NCBI GenBank assembly: GCA_965279375.1
Contig: OZ257156.1
Location: 2,528,001-2,592,000, forward strand
Direction of reading: 5' to 3'
Source: Gemmatimonas sp.
GTDB taxonomy: Bacteria > Gemmatimonadota > Gemmatimonadetes > Gemmatimonadales > Gemmatimonadaceae
Length of the DNA: 64,000 bases
The notes below the pieces were generated by a model that ran no database searches, was not told the DNA's origin, and saw nothing but the letters and a program-made list of their open reading frames with translations. The translations under genes were made by a program, and so were the position numbers. Positions within the stretch are counted from its first letter, which is position 1. Each line of letters starts with the position of its first letter. Shown piece by piece: positions 9,725 to 20,094 of this stretch.

Positions 9725-10563
9725 CGCTTCGCGCCCAGCCCGCGCTGCCAGCGATCGAAGTTCGCGCGCGCCACACGCCGTGCGGCGGCCGACATTTTGT
9801 AATACTGGCGTCCCTGGTCCGCTGACTGCGGAGTCCGGTCGAGCGCCTGCCCCGCGAGCACCTGACGCACGGCGCCCGCCAAAAGATCAAGGCAGTCCTC
9901 GTACATGGCGGACTGCAGGCTGTCGAAATCGCTGACCGGCCGACTGCCGAACGGTTGCACCTTCACGATCGCTCCGGTGTCGATACCGACGTCGACGAAG
10001 TGCAGCGTGCTGGCGAGCATCTCGGGCTTGTCATCGTGCAACGTCCACTGCGGAACATCGACGCCGCGATATTGCGGGAGCCACCCCGGATGCGCATTCA
10101 ACACGCCGCCGCTCGCGGAGTTGATAACGGCGTCCTTGACGATCCCCGACTGTGCCAGCACGATGAAATCGGGGCGCAGCGACTGGAGAACCACGTCGAT
10201 CCCCGGCGCCATGAACGCCTCCACCCACCGGACCTCGGGCGCCAGGCGTGCGTAGTCGCGGATCAGCGGGGCCCCACGCCAAGGCTGGTCGGCCGACACA
10301 CGCCGGTCGGCCAAGACCTCCACGACCGCCGCCTGAATAGCGTCGACCCAGCCGATGCGTCGCGCGACCGACTTGAGCAGGCGCCACTTCCGCTTGAAGC
10401 TGTCTCTTCGGACGACGATGGCGACCGGCACCGTCTGTTGGCGCGCCAACAGGTTGAGCATGCGGTAGCCGTACTCGCTCCCCTCGGTCGTGAGGACGAC
10501 GATGCGGGCTGGCGGCCCCGGCGCCGCACCCAGGCTTGGCGATGGCGCTGACGAATCGGACAT
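9721..10563 (-). CDS. Formyltransferase (sugar N-formyltransferase-like)
   Basis: LNAHPGWLPQYRG, TLHFVDVGIDTG motifs of the folate-dependent formyltransferase fold. Confidence 0.85.
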   Translation of the reverse strand: MSDSSAPSPSLGAAPGPPARIVVLTTEGSEYGYRMLNLLARQQTVPVAIVVRRDSFKRKWRLLKSVARRIGWVDAIQAAVVEVLADRRVSADQPWRGAPLIRDYARLAPEVRWVEAFMAPGIDVVLQSLRPDFIVLAQSGIVKDAVINSASGGVLNAHPGWLPQYRGVDVPQWTLHDDKPEMLASTLHFVDVGIDTGAIVKVQPFGSRPVSDFDSLQSAMYEDCLDLLAGAVRQVLAGQALDRTPQSADQGRQYYKMSAAARRVARANFDRWQRGLGAKR

Positions 10564-10635
10564 CAGCAACCGGAGGTCGCCGACGTCAGGATGCGAGGCA
10601 CGCTCGCCGTGGTTCGAGCCGGCATGAGGAGCACG

Positions 10636-12489
10636 CTACGGCTTCCGCGGTCCGCGCGTGATGGATTGCACGCGCTGGCGAAGCTCCTGCGCTCGCGCCG
10701 AATGCACGGGGGCGGAGACCAGATCGCGCTGCTCCATCGGATCGGTGCGGAGGTCGTAGAGCTCACCTCGGCCGTCGCCGTTCAGGATGTAGCGAAAGCC
10801 GTCGAGAATCTCCGACTTCATGTCGCCCTTGGACACGGCGAACTGCGCCGGGAGGTTGCGGGCGAAGTCGACCTCCGCGATCAGCGGCGAGGTCAGGGAG
10901 TCTGGCGCCGTCTGACGCCACAGGCCGACCATTGACTGCCCCGGAAGTCGCGCCGACTCCGGGGCCCGCGTGAGGTCGAGGATCGTCGCGCCGAGGTCCC
11001 GCAGCGTGACTGGGCTCTTCACCACCTGGCCGGCGGGAACGACGCCCGGGTACAGCACGAGCAACGGCACGTGCACCGAGGGCAGATACAGCGAGCTGCC
11101 ATGATTCAGCAGGCCATGCTCGTTGAATTCCTCGCCATGGTCCGAGGTCACGACGACCAGCGTGTTCTTGAGCAGCCCGCGCGACTCGAGCGCTGCGAAC
11201 AGGTCGCGTAGCTGAGCATCGAGCGAGGCGATGGACGCGTCGTACGCCGCCTGCAGGTCGCTCACCTGCGCCGCATTCAGGTCGTCCGGCGCGGGATCCC
11301 GATTGGTGGCTTGGCGTCCGAGAAAGAGCGTGTCGTACGGCGCCGGCGGCGTGTACGGGCCGTGTGCATCGTAGTAGTTCGCGAACGCAAAAAACGGTCG
11401 CTGCCCTCGCGAGGCGATCAGATCGAGCAGCCGCTCGTTGATGCGCGTCGCCGACTGTCGGCCCGGGCTGAATTCGCGCGGCAGGTACCGGTTGAACGCC
11501 ATGGACACCGTCCGGCTCAGCGACGAGGTCCGCAGCATCTCGCTCAGTGAGATGTCGTAGTCGCGGTACCGCGCAAAGCCGCGGTCGATGCCGAACTCGT
11601 ACGAGCAGTAGTGCAGATTCGCGGCGACGCCGTACGTGGCATACCCCTGCTGTCCGAGGCGCTCGGCGAGCGTCGGTTCCCGATCGTCGAGCGGCACGCT
11701 CCATCCGATCGAGAGTTCGTGCGGGTAGCGTCCAGTGAACATCGAGGCGTGCGACGCCAGCGTCCACGGCGCGGGTGCGATCGCCTGATCGAAGCGGACG
11801 CCGCGCGCTGCCAATTCCGAGAGAAACGGCGACGTGGCGCGCGTGTAGCCGTAGGCGCTGAGCGATGCCGCGCGCACGGTGTCGAGCACCAGCAGCAACA
11901 CGTTCGGGGCGCCGTCGGCGGCGTTGCCAAGTCGAGACAGCGCGCGCGATTCGCGGAACCAACGCAGCCCGTTGAAGCCGATCCCTGCGGACGCGGAGAC
12001 GGCGAAGAATCCAAGGGTGACTCGCCGTGTCACCGTGGCGAACGCCGCGGGGCGGGCCATGGCGAATCGGGCCACCTGCGAACCGAAGCCCGCCGCGAGC
12101 AACAGCAGCGCAAAGGGATGGATGCGTTCCTGCAACACCATCAGCGGCTCGAGCGCGGCCACCAGCGCCGCGCAAAAGGCCACGCCGGCGACGGCGACCT
12201 TGGCGGACCACCGGCGCGCCACCAGCCACACCAGCACACACGGCACGATCAGCAGCAGGACGTTGGCAATGGGGGCCAGCCACAGTCCCTGCGGATTGAA
12301 CATCGCATACCGGTGCAGCGCGACCCGCGCACCGAGGATGAGCCCTGCTTCGCCAAGGCTGCCGGCCAAGGCGCCCGCGGCCACGACCCACCAGACCGCG
12401 CGAAACGAGGACCAGCCACCGTCCGCGGTCGCCTGCGCGTCACGCTGCAACGTCGCGCTGGAGGTGCAGTCGTGGTGGGAGCTCTGCAT
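10636..12489 (-). CDS. Membrane-anchored sulfatase-like hydrolase/transferase (alkaline phosphatase superfamily)
   Basis: About 5 N-terminal TM helices, PNVLLLVLDTVRA, PWTLASHASMFTG, DAHGPY, TSDHGEEF; start chosen at ATG 12489 downstream of a putative sigma-54 site. Confidence 0.82.
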   Translation of the reverse strand: MQSSHHDCTSSATLQRDAQATADGGWSSFRAVWWVVAAGALAGSLGEAGLILGARVALHRYAMFNPQGLWLAPIANVLLLIVPCVLVWLVARRWSAKVAVAGVAFCAALVAALEPLMVLQERIHPFALLLLAAGFGSQVARFAMARPAAFATVTRRVTLGFFAVSASAGIGFNGLRWFRESRALSRLGNAADGAPNVLLLVLDTVRAASLSAYGYTRATSPFLSELAARGVRFDQAIAPAPWTLASHASMFTGRYPHELSIGWSVPLDDREPTLAERLGQQGYATYGVAANLHYCSYEFGIDRGFARYRDYDISLSEMLRTSSLSRTVSMAFNRYLPREFSPGRQSATRINERLLDLIASRGQRPFFAFANYYDAHGPYTPPAPYDTLFLGRQATNRDPAPDDLNAAQVSDLQAAYDASIASLDAQLRDLFAALESRGLLKNTLVVVTSDHGEEFNEHGLLNHGSSLYLPSVHVPLLVLYPGVVPAGQVVKSPVTLRDLGATILDLTRAPESARLPGQSMVGLWRQTAPDSLTSPLIAEVDFARNLPAQFAVSKGDMKSEILDGFRYILNGDGRGELYDLRTDPMEQRDLVSAPVHSARAQELRQRVQSITRGPRKP

Positions 12490-12565
12490 GGAAGACAAGT
12501 TCAAGATTCGAGAGTCATCGTTGATAGCGCACAGCAACGATGGCCGGGACGACGGTCGGAATGCA

Positions 12566-12581
12566 AGCAATCGCGCGTCCG
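12566..12581 (-). promoter_or_regulatory. Putative sigma-54 -24/-12 promoter for the sulfatase-like/glycan operon
   Basis: Minus strand CGGACGCGCGATTGCT = GG-N10-GC with TTGCT; IHF-like TCACAAGAAGTTAC at 12634-12647 (minus strand) upstream. Confidence 0.4.
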
Positions 12582-12706
12582 ACCGTTACGGGAGCGGCTC
12601 GCAGTGCGGGGGCGACGAATCATCGGAAACGGAGTAACTTCTTGTGACGCCGTGCTTGTGCGAACCGTCGTGAGACACGAGTGACGGCCAATCCTTACAC
12701 AGTCCC

Positions 12707-14515
12707 ATGATCCCAACAGACGCGACGTCCGGGCGGCGCCTCAATCTCGTGATTGGCGGCCACGTCGATCACGGCAAGAGCACAATCATCGGACGGCTGC
12801 TGGCCGACACGGGCTCGCTCCCCGATGGGAAGCTCGAAGCGGTGCGCGCCAACTGTGTGCGGAACAGCAAGCCGTTCGAGTACGCGTTCCTGCTCGACGC
12901 GCTCAAGGACGAACAGGCGCAGGGCATCACCATCGATGCGGCGCGCGTTTTCTTCCAGTCGGCGCTGCGCCCGTACATCATCATCGACGCGCCGGGACAC
13001 ATCGAGTTCCTCCGCAATCTGGTGACCGGCGCCGCGCGCGCCGAGGCGGCGCTGCTCGTCATCGATGCGAAGGAAGGCGTGCAGGAGAACTCGAGGCGCC
13101 ACGGCTACATGATGTCCATGCTGGGCATCAAGCAGCTCGTCGTGCTGGTCAACAAGATGGACCTCGTCGGCTACGATCAGGCGGTATTCGATCGCATCCA
13201 GAGTGAGTATCGCGAGTTCCTCGGCCGGCTGAACGTCGTGCCCGAAGGCTTCATTCCGGTGAGCGGCCGCGAAGGGGACAACATCACCGCTGCCTCGCCC
13301 GCGATGCCCTGGTACACCGGCCCCAGCGTCCTCGAGCAACTCGACCGCTTCCGCTCCGACGCGCCGGAGACCGATCAGCCGTTCCGTATGTCCGTGCAGG
13401 ACGTCTACAAATTCACGGGCCGTGGAGACGAACGGCGCATCGTCGCCGGCTCCATCGACAGCGGACGCATCACCGTCGGCGACGAGGTGGTGTTCTATCC
13501 CTCGGGCAAGAAATCGACGGTCAAGTCGATCGAAGCCTTTAACCGAGCGCCGAGCGACACGGCCGTCGCGGGCGAGGCCACCGGCTTCACGCTCACCGAA
13601 CAGATCTACGTGTCGCGCGGCGAGCTGGCGTCCCTTGCACACGAGCAGCGACCGCACGTGACCACGCGCCTGCGTGCCTCCGTGTTCTGGCTGGGCAAGA
13701 AGCCGCTCGTGCAGCACCGTGACTACATCCTCAAGATCGGTGCGGCACGCGTGCAGGCGCGCGTCGAGGAGATCCATCGCGTCCTCGACGCGTCGTCACT
13801 CGACGTCGACAATCAGAAGGTCCGCGTCGATCGGCACGAGGTGGCCGAGCTCACGCTGCGCACCAGCCGCGCACTCGCCTTCGATCTCGCGGACGAGCTG
13901 GCGACGACCAGCCGGTTCGTGCTCATCGACGAGTTCGAGATTCGCGGTGGCGGCATCGTGAGAGAGGCGCTGCCCGACACGATGTCCGGCGTGCGCGAAC
14001 GAGTGCTGCTGCGCAACTACAAGTGGGAACCGAGCAACATTTCGAGCGACGCGCGCGCCGAGCGTTATCGGCAGCGTCCGACGTTGCTGCTCATGACCGG
14101 TGAAGCCAGCTCCGACCGGAAGTCGCTGGCCAAGGACGTCGAGCGGCGCCTCTTCGATCTCGGGAACATCGTTTACTTCCTCGGCATCGGGAACGTGCTG
14201 TATGGCGTCGATGCCGACATCGACCGCGGCGATGCGCAGCGACGCGAACACCTGCGCCGACTGGCGGAAATCGCCAACCTCATGCTCGATGCCGGTGTCA
14301 TTCTCATCGTCACTGCCGCCGAGTTGACGCTGGCCGATCTCGAGCTGATCCGCGCCTCCGTCGATGCCGATCGTATCGAGATCGTGTGGGTGGGCGATTC
14401 CGGCACCAGCGATCTGCCGCACGATCTGCTCATTCCGGATCCGGACGATTCGAGCGCGGTCGAACAGGTGAAGCGGCTGCTGCAGGACAAGGGAATCATC
14501 TTCCGGCCATGGTGA
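12707..14515 (+). CDS. cysN: Sulfate adenylyltransferase GTPase subunit CysN with degenerate C-terminal APS-kinase-like domain
   Basis: [34 protein letters not shown]; the C-terminal domain has [10 protein letters not shown] in place of the P-loop. Confidence 0.92.
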   Translation: MIPTDATSGRRLNLVIGGHVDHGKSTIIGRLLADTGSLPDGKLEAVRANCVRNSKPFEYAFLLDALKDEQAQGITIDAARVFFQSALRPYIIIDAPGHIEFLRNLVTGAARAEAALLVIDAKEGVQENSRRHGYMMSMLGIKQLVVLVNKMDLVGYDQAVFDRIQSEYREFLGRLNVVPEGFIPVSGREGDNITAASPAMPWYTGPSVLEQLDRFRSDAPETDQPFRMSVQDVYKFTGRGDERRIVAGSIDSGRITVGDEVVFYPSGKKSTVKSIEAFNRAPSDTAVAGEATGFTLTEQIYVSRGELASLAHEQRPHVTTRLRASVFWLGKKPLVQHRDYILKIGAARVQARVEEIHRVLDASSLDVDNQKVRVDRHEVAELTLRTSRALAFDLADELATTSRFVLIDEFEIRGGGIVREALPDTMSGVRERVLLRNYKWEPSNISSDARAERYRQRPTLLLMTGEASSDRKSLAKDVERRLFDLGNIVYFLGIGNVLYGVDADIDRGDAQRREHLRRLAEIANLMLDAGVILIVTAAELTLADLELIRASVDADRIEIVWVGDSGTSDLPHDLLIPDPDDSSAVEQVKRLLQDKGIIFRPW

Positions 14516-15312
14516 GCTCCACTGAGGACTCGTCGCCCGCGCTGAGTCGCGCGTCGCTCGACCTGCTGATCGCCATCGCGCGCCAAGCCGGTGCGGCGGC
14601 GATGGCATTCTACGGCGAGGCAGGTGAGGCGACGCTGGACGTCACACACAAGTCCGACGCCTCGCCGGTCACGGCGGCGGACCACGCGGCGCACGCCGTC
14701 ATCGCCGACGAGTTGGCGCGCGCCTTCCCGGACATCCCGATCATCTCCGAAGAAGGCGAGATCGCGCCCTATGAGGCACGCAAGGATTGGCGCCGATTCT
14801 GGCTGGTCGATCCGCTGGACGGCACCAAGGAGTTCATTCACCGCAACGGCGAGTTCACCGTCAACATCGCATTGATCGACGACGGGGTGCCGGTGCTGGG
14901 CGTGGTCTTCGCGCCCGCGCTCGATGTGCTCTATGCCGCAGGACGTGAGCTTGGCAGCTGGAAGTACACGGGCACGGGAAGTCCCGAGCAGCTGTTCGGT
15001 CCAAACGCTCCGGGGCCAGAGGGCGTGACGATCGTCGAAAGCCGTTCGCACCCGTCCAAGGAACTCGAGGCGTACCTCGCGACGCTGCGCGTCGCGTCGC
15101 GGTTGCCCTCTGGAAGCTCTCTCAAGTTCGGTCTCGTCGCCGAAGGCAAGGCGCATCTGTATCCGCGCCTCGGCCCGACGATGGAGTGGGACGTCGCTGC
15201 CGGCGACTGCGTGTATCGCTATGCCTCGCGTGGCGCGGCGCGCGTGTCGCCGCTGTCGTACAACACACCCACGCTCAAGCAGCAGTCGTTCGTGCTCGGA
15301 GTGACCGAATGA
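14509..15312 (+). CDS. cysQ: 3'(2'),5'-bisphosphate nucleotidase CysQ
   Basis: [48 protein letters not shown]. Confidence 0.95.
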   Translation: MVSSTEDSSPALSRASLDLLIAIARQAGAAAMAFYGEAGEATLDVTHKSDASPVTAADHAAHAVIADELARAFPDIPIISEEGEIAPYEARKDWRRFWLVDPLDGTKEFIHRNGEFTVNIALIDDGVPVLGVVFAPALDVLYAAGRELGSWKYTGTGSPEQLFGPNAPGPEGVTIVESRSHPSKELEAYLATLRVASRLPSGSSLKFGLVAEGKAHLYPRLGPTMEWDVAAGDCVYRYASRGAARVSPLSYNTPTLKQQSFVLGVTE

Positions 15313-16049
15313 CCGCGCGCGAATCGCATACGCGCAGCGTCATCAAGGCGGTCAGCTGGCGCATTCTGGGCACGATCGCCACGTCCATCATCGTCTTCGC
15401 GTTCACCCGGCGGTGGGCCGTTTCGTTGTTCGTCGGCGCGATGGAATTCGTCTCCAAGATCGGGCTCTTCTGGCTGCACGAGCGTATCTGGGACCGTGTC
15501 TCGTTCGGCCGCAAGCAGACTGCGGGCACGGTGCTCTGGTTCACGGGGCTCTCGGGCTCTGGCAAGAGCACCATCGCGCAGGAAGTCGTGCGTACGCTGC
15601 GCGCCAGCGGAGAGAAGATCGAGCATCTCGACGGTGATGCGGTGCGCTCGGTTTTTCCGGCGACCGGCTTCACCCGACCGGACCGCGACGCGCATGTGCG
15701 CCGCATGGGCTTCATGGCCAGCCGACTCGAAGAGCACGGCGTGTTGGTGATCGCGTCCTTCGTCTCGCCGTACCGCGAATCGCGCGATGCGGTACGCGCG
15801 ATGTGCACCGACTTTGTCGAAATCTTCGTCGATACGCCGCTTGCCGTGTGCGAGTCGCGCGACGTGAAAGGGCTCTACGCCAAGGCGCGACGTGGCGAGA
15901 TCCCGAACTTCACCGGCATCGACGATCCGTACGAACCACCTGTGCGCGCAGAACTCGTCATCGACACGACGAAGGTGTCGGTCCAGGACGCGACGCAGCA
16001 GGTGCTCGCCCTCCTGCAGTCACGCCGCACCCGGAGACCCACGGCATGA
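15309..16049 (+). CDS. cysC: Adenylyl-sulfate kinase CysC with N-terminal DUF2061-like membrane domain
   Basis: [14 protein letters not shown]...LHERIW (DUF2061-like) fused to [34 protein letters not shown]. Confidence 0.93.
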   Translation: MTARESHTRSVIKAVSWRILGTIATSIIVFAFTRRWAVSLFVGAMEFVSKIGLFWLHERIWDRVSFGRKQTAGTVLWFTGLSGSGKSTIAQEVVRTLRASGEKIEHLDGDAVRSVFPATGFTRPDRDAHVRRMGFMASRLEEHGVLVIASFVSPYRESRDAVRAMCTDFVEIFVDTPLAVCESRDVKGLYAKARRGEIPNFTGIDDPYEPPVRAELVIDTTKVSVQDATQQVLALLQSRRTRRPTA

Positions 16050-16930
16050 GCCAGCACCTGGATCAACTCGAGTCCCGTAGCGTCCACATCTTTCGTGAGG
16101 CCTACGCCAACTTCAAGAGCCTCTGCATGCTCTGGTCGATCGGCAAGGACAGCACCGTGCTGCTCTGGCTCGCGCGCAAGGCGTTCTTCGGGCACGCGCC
16201 GTTTCCGCTCGTACACATCGACACGTCGTACAAGCTGCCGGAGATGATCGAGTATCGCGACCGCCTCGCGATGGAGTGGAAGCTGACGATGATCGTCGGC
16301 CAGAACACGGAGGCGCTCGAAGCCAAGCGCACCTTCCCCGACGGGGCCGTGGATCGCATCTCCTGCTGCGGCCTGCTCAAGACGCAGGCGCTCAAGGACA
16401 CGCTGAGCGGCACCGGCGTGCGTCGTCGCCTCAACCTGCGTACGGGCGTCTACGAAGTGGACACCAATCGCGAGCCATACACCGGGGTGATCGTCGGCGC
16501 CCGTGCGGACGAAGAAGGGAGCCGGTCGAAGGAACGCTATTTCTCGCCGCGTACCGAGAGCAACGTCTGGGATGTGGGCGAGCAGCCTCCCGAATTCTGG
16601 AACCAGTACAAGACCGAGTTCGCGCCGGGCACACACGTGCGTATCCATCCCCTGCTCGACTGGACGGAACTCAATATCTGGGAATACATCGAGCGCGAAA
16701 AGATTCCCACCGTGCCCCTCTACTACAATCAGGGCGATGGCATGCGCTATCGCTCACTCGGCTGCGGCGTCTGCACCAACAAGGTCGTCTCGCCGTCGCA
16801 CAATCCGGTTGAGATCATCGAGGAACTGCGCAGCGGCAAGTTTGCGCGCGTCGCCGAACGCGCCGGCCGCGCGCAGGACAAGGAAGACGGTGGCGGCCTC
16901 GAAACGCTGCGCCGCGAAGGCTACATGTAG
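16046..16930 (+). CDS. cysD: Sulfate adenylyltransferase subunit 2 CysD
   Basis: [50 protein letters not shown]. Confidence 0.95.
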   Translation: MSQHLDQLESRSVHIFREAYANFKSLCMLWSIGKDSTVLLWLARKAFFGHAPFPLVHIDTSYKLPEMIEYRDRLAMEWKLTMIVGQNTEALEAKRTFPDGAVDRISCCGLLKTQALKDTLSGTGVRRRLNLRTGVYEVDTNREPYTGVIVGARADEEGSRSKERYFSPRTESNVWDVGEQPPEFWNQYKTEFAPGTHVRIHPLLDWTELNIWEYIEREKIPTVPLYYNQGDGMRYRSLGCGVCTNKVVSPSHNPVEIIEELRSGKFARVAERAGRAQDKEDGGGLETLRREGYM

Positions 16931-17682
16931 CTCGCGCCGGGCTTTTGGCGTCGCATCAGCAGCGCGTATCCGGCGAGTGCGACGCAAAAGGCGCTCATGC
17001 TGCCCACTACAACACGTCCGAGTACGATCTTCGTCCGGCTCGGGTCGCTCATGATGCCGTGGCGCGTGGCATTCCACCCACCGCCGACGAGCGCGCAGGC
17101 AAGCAGCGCGAGCCACGTGCGCTGACGCCACCGCGTGCGTAGCACCGCAGGCCACGCACCCTGCGCCCGCAGGTAGCGCGTGCACCACACGCACACCACC
17201 GCGCCGCCCGCGAGCGAGCTCGCCACCTGCAGTACGTTGTACCACGGCACGGGCCACGAGCCCACCGTCAACGCGGTCGTGCGTAGCACTGGCAGCAATT
17301 CGGGTCCCCACGCATCGCGGTGCGTGAACGCATCCCACACGATGTGAGTCGCGCTTCCGAGGCTCAGCGCGACAATCGCGCGCAGCCACCATCCCGCATT
17401 GTGGGATGTGGAGTGAGCATTGGCCGGCAGTGCCAGCAACGCTCGCGTTGGCGTGCGTAGCAGCATCACCCAGCATGCCAGTGTGAGCGCGCCGACGGGC
17501 AAGCAGAACACAACAAGTCCGCGCCACGAATGGCTCACCATCGCAAACGGTTCGAGGCGAAGCAGATACTCGAAGTCAGGGACCATCGTGCCCAACACGA
17601 ACGCGTCCAACGGCAGACGCCCGACGCCAACTAATCGCCGAAACGGAACAACAGCGGCCGGATGCGCCAACGTGAACGGCAT
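16921..17682 (-). CDS. DUF4184 family membrane protein
   Basis: [38 protein letters not shown] signature. Confidence 0.85.
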   Translation of the reverse strand: MPFTLAHPAAVVPFRRLVGVGRLPLDAFVLGTMVPDFEYLLRLEPFAMVSHSWRGLVVFCLPVGALTLACWVMLLRTPTRALLALPANAHSTSHNAGWWLRAIVALSLGSATHIVWDAFTHRDAWGPELLPVLRTTALTVGSWPVPWYNVLQVASSLAGGAVVCVWCTRYLRAQGAWPAVLRTRWRQRTWLALLACALVGGGWNATRHGIMSDPSRTKIVLGRVVVGSMSAFCVALAGYALLMRRQKPGASYM

Positions 17683-17698
17683 CGTCCGCTCTCGTCGC

Positions 17699-18610
17699 TC
17701 AGCGCACGCGTGAGAGAGCGTCGCCCGCGCCAGTCCAATAACCCACGACTTCGCCGAGTCCCCACGACACCACGAACGCGCCGATGAACGGCATCGTGGC
17801 GAGCACGCGACCCATCGGCACTTGTTTGGCGACTAGGCTGCGCGTGATGCGCAGCCAGAGGAGCGGCGGTAGCGCGAACGCCGCGGCGCCGGTCGCCATC
17901 CGCTTCGCGAACGACGCGCCACGCATGCGCGCGCCCGCATACGATCGCGAGTACAGAAAGCGCTGTCCGATGTACTCGAAGAACCCGAAATGCTTCTTGT
18001 GCCCCACGAGCAAATCCGCGTGGCAGATGAGACGCACACCGCTCGCCCGCATCGCGTCGTGCAAACGGTTCTCCCACGCGCCCTCGGCGGTCACCGTCAG
18101 GAACTCGGCCAGACGTGTTCGACGGTAGACCACGTTGTTGCCCGGCAGCCACGGCACTTCTCCCTCGGGGAGCGGCGGCAGGCAGGCGCTGTACTCGCAC
18201 AGGAAGGTCGCCCAGTCGAGCAAACGCCCGGTGGCTGCGTTCTCGATTGGTCCACCGACGACATCGTGCCCGCTCGCCAGCGCGGCCAGTAAGCGAGTTC
18301 CCCACTCTGGCGGCACGATGACGTGATCCTCGATGACCGCGATGGCGTCCGCGCGCGCGATGCGGAACGCCTGGTCGCGCATCTGCGGGATCGTCGTGCT
18401 GCGCGGCACGGCATGCAGCGTCACCCACGGGAAGCGGCGCTGGATCGTCTCGGCGACATTGCCACCAAGACGGTCGACGATCAGCACCTCGAGCGGCAGA
18501 CGGGCACGCACCGCCTCCAGCGCCTCGCAGCAGGGCACGAGATCGTGCAGACCGTTCACGGACGGCACGACGATGGTCAGTGCTGGATGGCTCGCTTGGG
18601 GATCAGACAC
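17699..18610 (-). CDS. GT2-like glycosyltransferase with C-terminal TM segments (start uncertain, 18610 or 18649)
   Basis: LTIVVPS, IAVIEDH, VGGPIEN, LPGNNVVYRR. Confidence 0.75.
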   Translation of the reverse strand: MSDPQASHPALTIVVPSVNGLHDLVPCCEALEAVRARLPLEVLIVDRLGGNVAETIQRRFPWVTLHAVPRSTTIPQMRDQAFRIARADAIAVIEDHVIVPPEWGTRLLAALASGHDVVGGPIENAATGRLLDWATFLCEYSACLPPLPEGEVPWLPGNNVVYRRTRLAEFLTVTAEGAWENRLHDAMRASGVRLICHADLLVGHKKHFGFFEYIGQRFLYSRSYAGARMRGASFAKRMATGAAAFALPPLLWLRITRSLVAKQVPMGRVLATMPFIGAFVVSWGLGEVVGYWTGAGDALSRVR

Positions 18611-18670
18611 GACTCGACCACTGGTAGAAGAGAAGATCGCTGCGGGCACTCGGGTGCCGGTGGCAAATGC

Positions 18671-20080
18671 TCACAGCGAAATCACCGGCAGCGCGCCGCG
18701 CCGCAGACGAATGATACCGACTGCCAGCATCGCGCCGACATAGCTCGCCGCGCCGATAGGAATGCTGACGAATACCGGACGATCGGCGACGAAATACACG
18801 CAACCACCCATGCACGCCGCCGCGATGCCGATGCGCACGAAGCGGCGCAGAGGGGTCATCGCCAGCCCAAGCCGCGAGGAGTAGTGCAGGGCGAGCGCGG
18901 TGCGCGCGCCTTCGGTGGCGAGCGTCGCCACCGCAGCACCGGCCAGCCCCCAGCGCGGAATGAGCAGGAAATTCAACGCCACATTGGCACCGGCCGCCCA
19001 CGCGGCTGTGCGTAGCATCAGATCGGGACGCTCGTTGGCCAGCAACACGCCTTGCGCGACGTTGCGCAGCAGCGCCACCGGTATCACGAGCAGCAACAGT
19101 TGGAGCGGTTGCACGCTCGCCGCGTACTCGCTGCCGTAAATCAGTGATACCAGCGGTCCCGCCACCAGCACACCGCCGATCGCGACCGGTAGTCCGCCTG
19201 CCATCACCTGCGCCATCGCGCCATCGAAGAGCTCCCGAGACGCCGTCGCGTCGGCTCGCACGCGCGTGATGCTGGGGATCAGGCTCATCGTGTACGCCAC
19301 GCCCAAGTTCTGCGAAAAACTGATCAGCGTGTAGGCGGCGGCATAGTAGCCCACGGCCTCGCTGCCCTGGAGCGCGCGAAGAAACAGGAAATCGCTGTTG
19401 AAGATCGCGAGCCCCAAGAGTCCATGCAGCAACACGGTCCACGAACGACGCAGCAGCGGCGCGATGACGCCTGGCCGCAGCTGAAGGCGCAGCCGTCGTA
19501 CCGCCACGGGCAGTGTGCGGAAAAGGAAAATCGCGCCGAGGGTCTCGCCAAGCACCTGCGCCATGGGGACGCGCAGCAGATCCGCTGGCGTGTGCACGAA
19601 CAACAGCACGCATGCGGCCGCGGCGATTTCGTTCATCACGCGCGCCCACGAAGCGTTGGCCGCTTGCTCGAGACCCAGATGCACCCACCGCGTCCCGAGT
19701 GCCACGGTCACCAGCGTGATCGAATACATGGCGAGTACCGGACCATCTGGCTTTGGCAACAGCAGTAGCGCAGCCGGCACCGTGATCGCGATCAGCGCCA
19801 CACTGACCAGCAGCCGTGCGCCCAGAATCGGTGGCAGCGTTGTCGGGAGCGCATCCGGATGCTCCGCGACTTCGCGCACCCCCAGCATGTCGATGCCGCA
19901 ATCGGCCACGAACGTGAGGTAGAGCATGATCGTGGTGGCGGATGCCACGACACCGTACACCGTCGCACCGAGCGTCCGCGCGAGATAGACACTCGCCGCG
20001 AACGCGAAGAGACGCGACGCAATCTCGCCAACCCCAAGCGTCAGAAAGCGTCGGCCGACGGAAGACGCTCCGGAACTCAT
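18671..20080 (-). CDS. wzx: Wzx-type oligosaccharide flippase
   Basis: 12-14 TM helices; YLARTLGATVYG, AVGYYAAA, NFLLIPRWGLAGAAVAT. Confidence 0.88.
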   Translation of the reverse strand: MSSGASSVGRRFLTLGVGEIASRLFAFAASVYLARTLGATVYGVVASATTIMLYLTFVADCGIDMLGVREVAEHPDALPTTLPPILGARLLVSVALIAITVPAALLLLPKPDGPVLAMYSITLVTVALGTRWVHLGLEQAANASWARVMNEIAAAACVLLFVHTPADLLRVPMAQVLGETLGAIFLFRTLPVAVRRLRLQLRPGVIAPLLRRSWTVLLHGLLGLAIFNSDFLFLRALQGSEAVGYYAAAYTLISFSQNLGVAYTMSLIPSITRVRADATASRELFDGAMAQVMAGGLPVAIGGVLVAGPLVSLIYGSEYAASVQPLQLLLLVIPVALLRNVAQGVLLANERPDLMLRTAAWAAGANVALNFLLIPRWGLAGAAVATLATEGARTALALHYSSRLGLAMTPLRRFVRIGIAAACMGGCVYFVADRPVFVSIPIGAASYVGAMLAVGIIRLRRGALPVISL

Positions 20081-20094
20081 CGGCGTCGGCCCAT

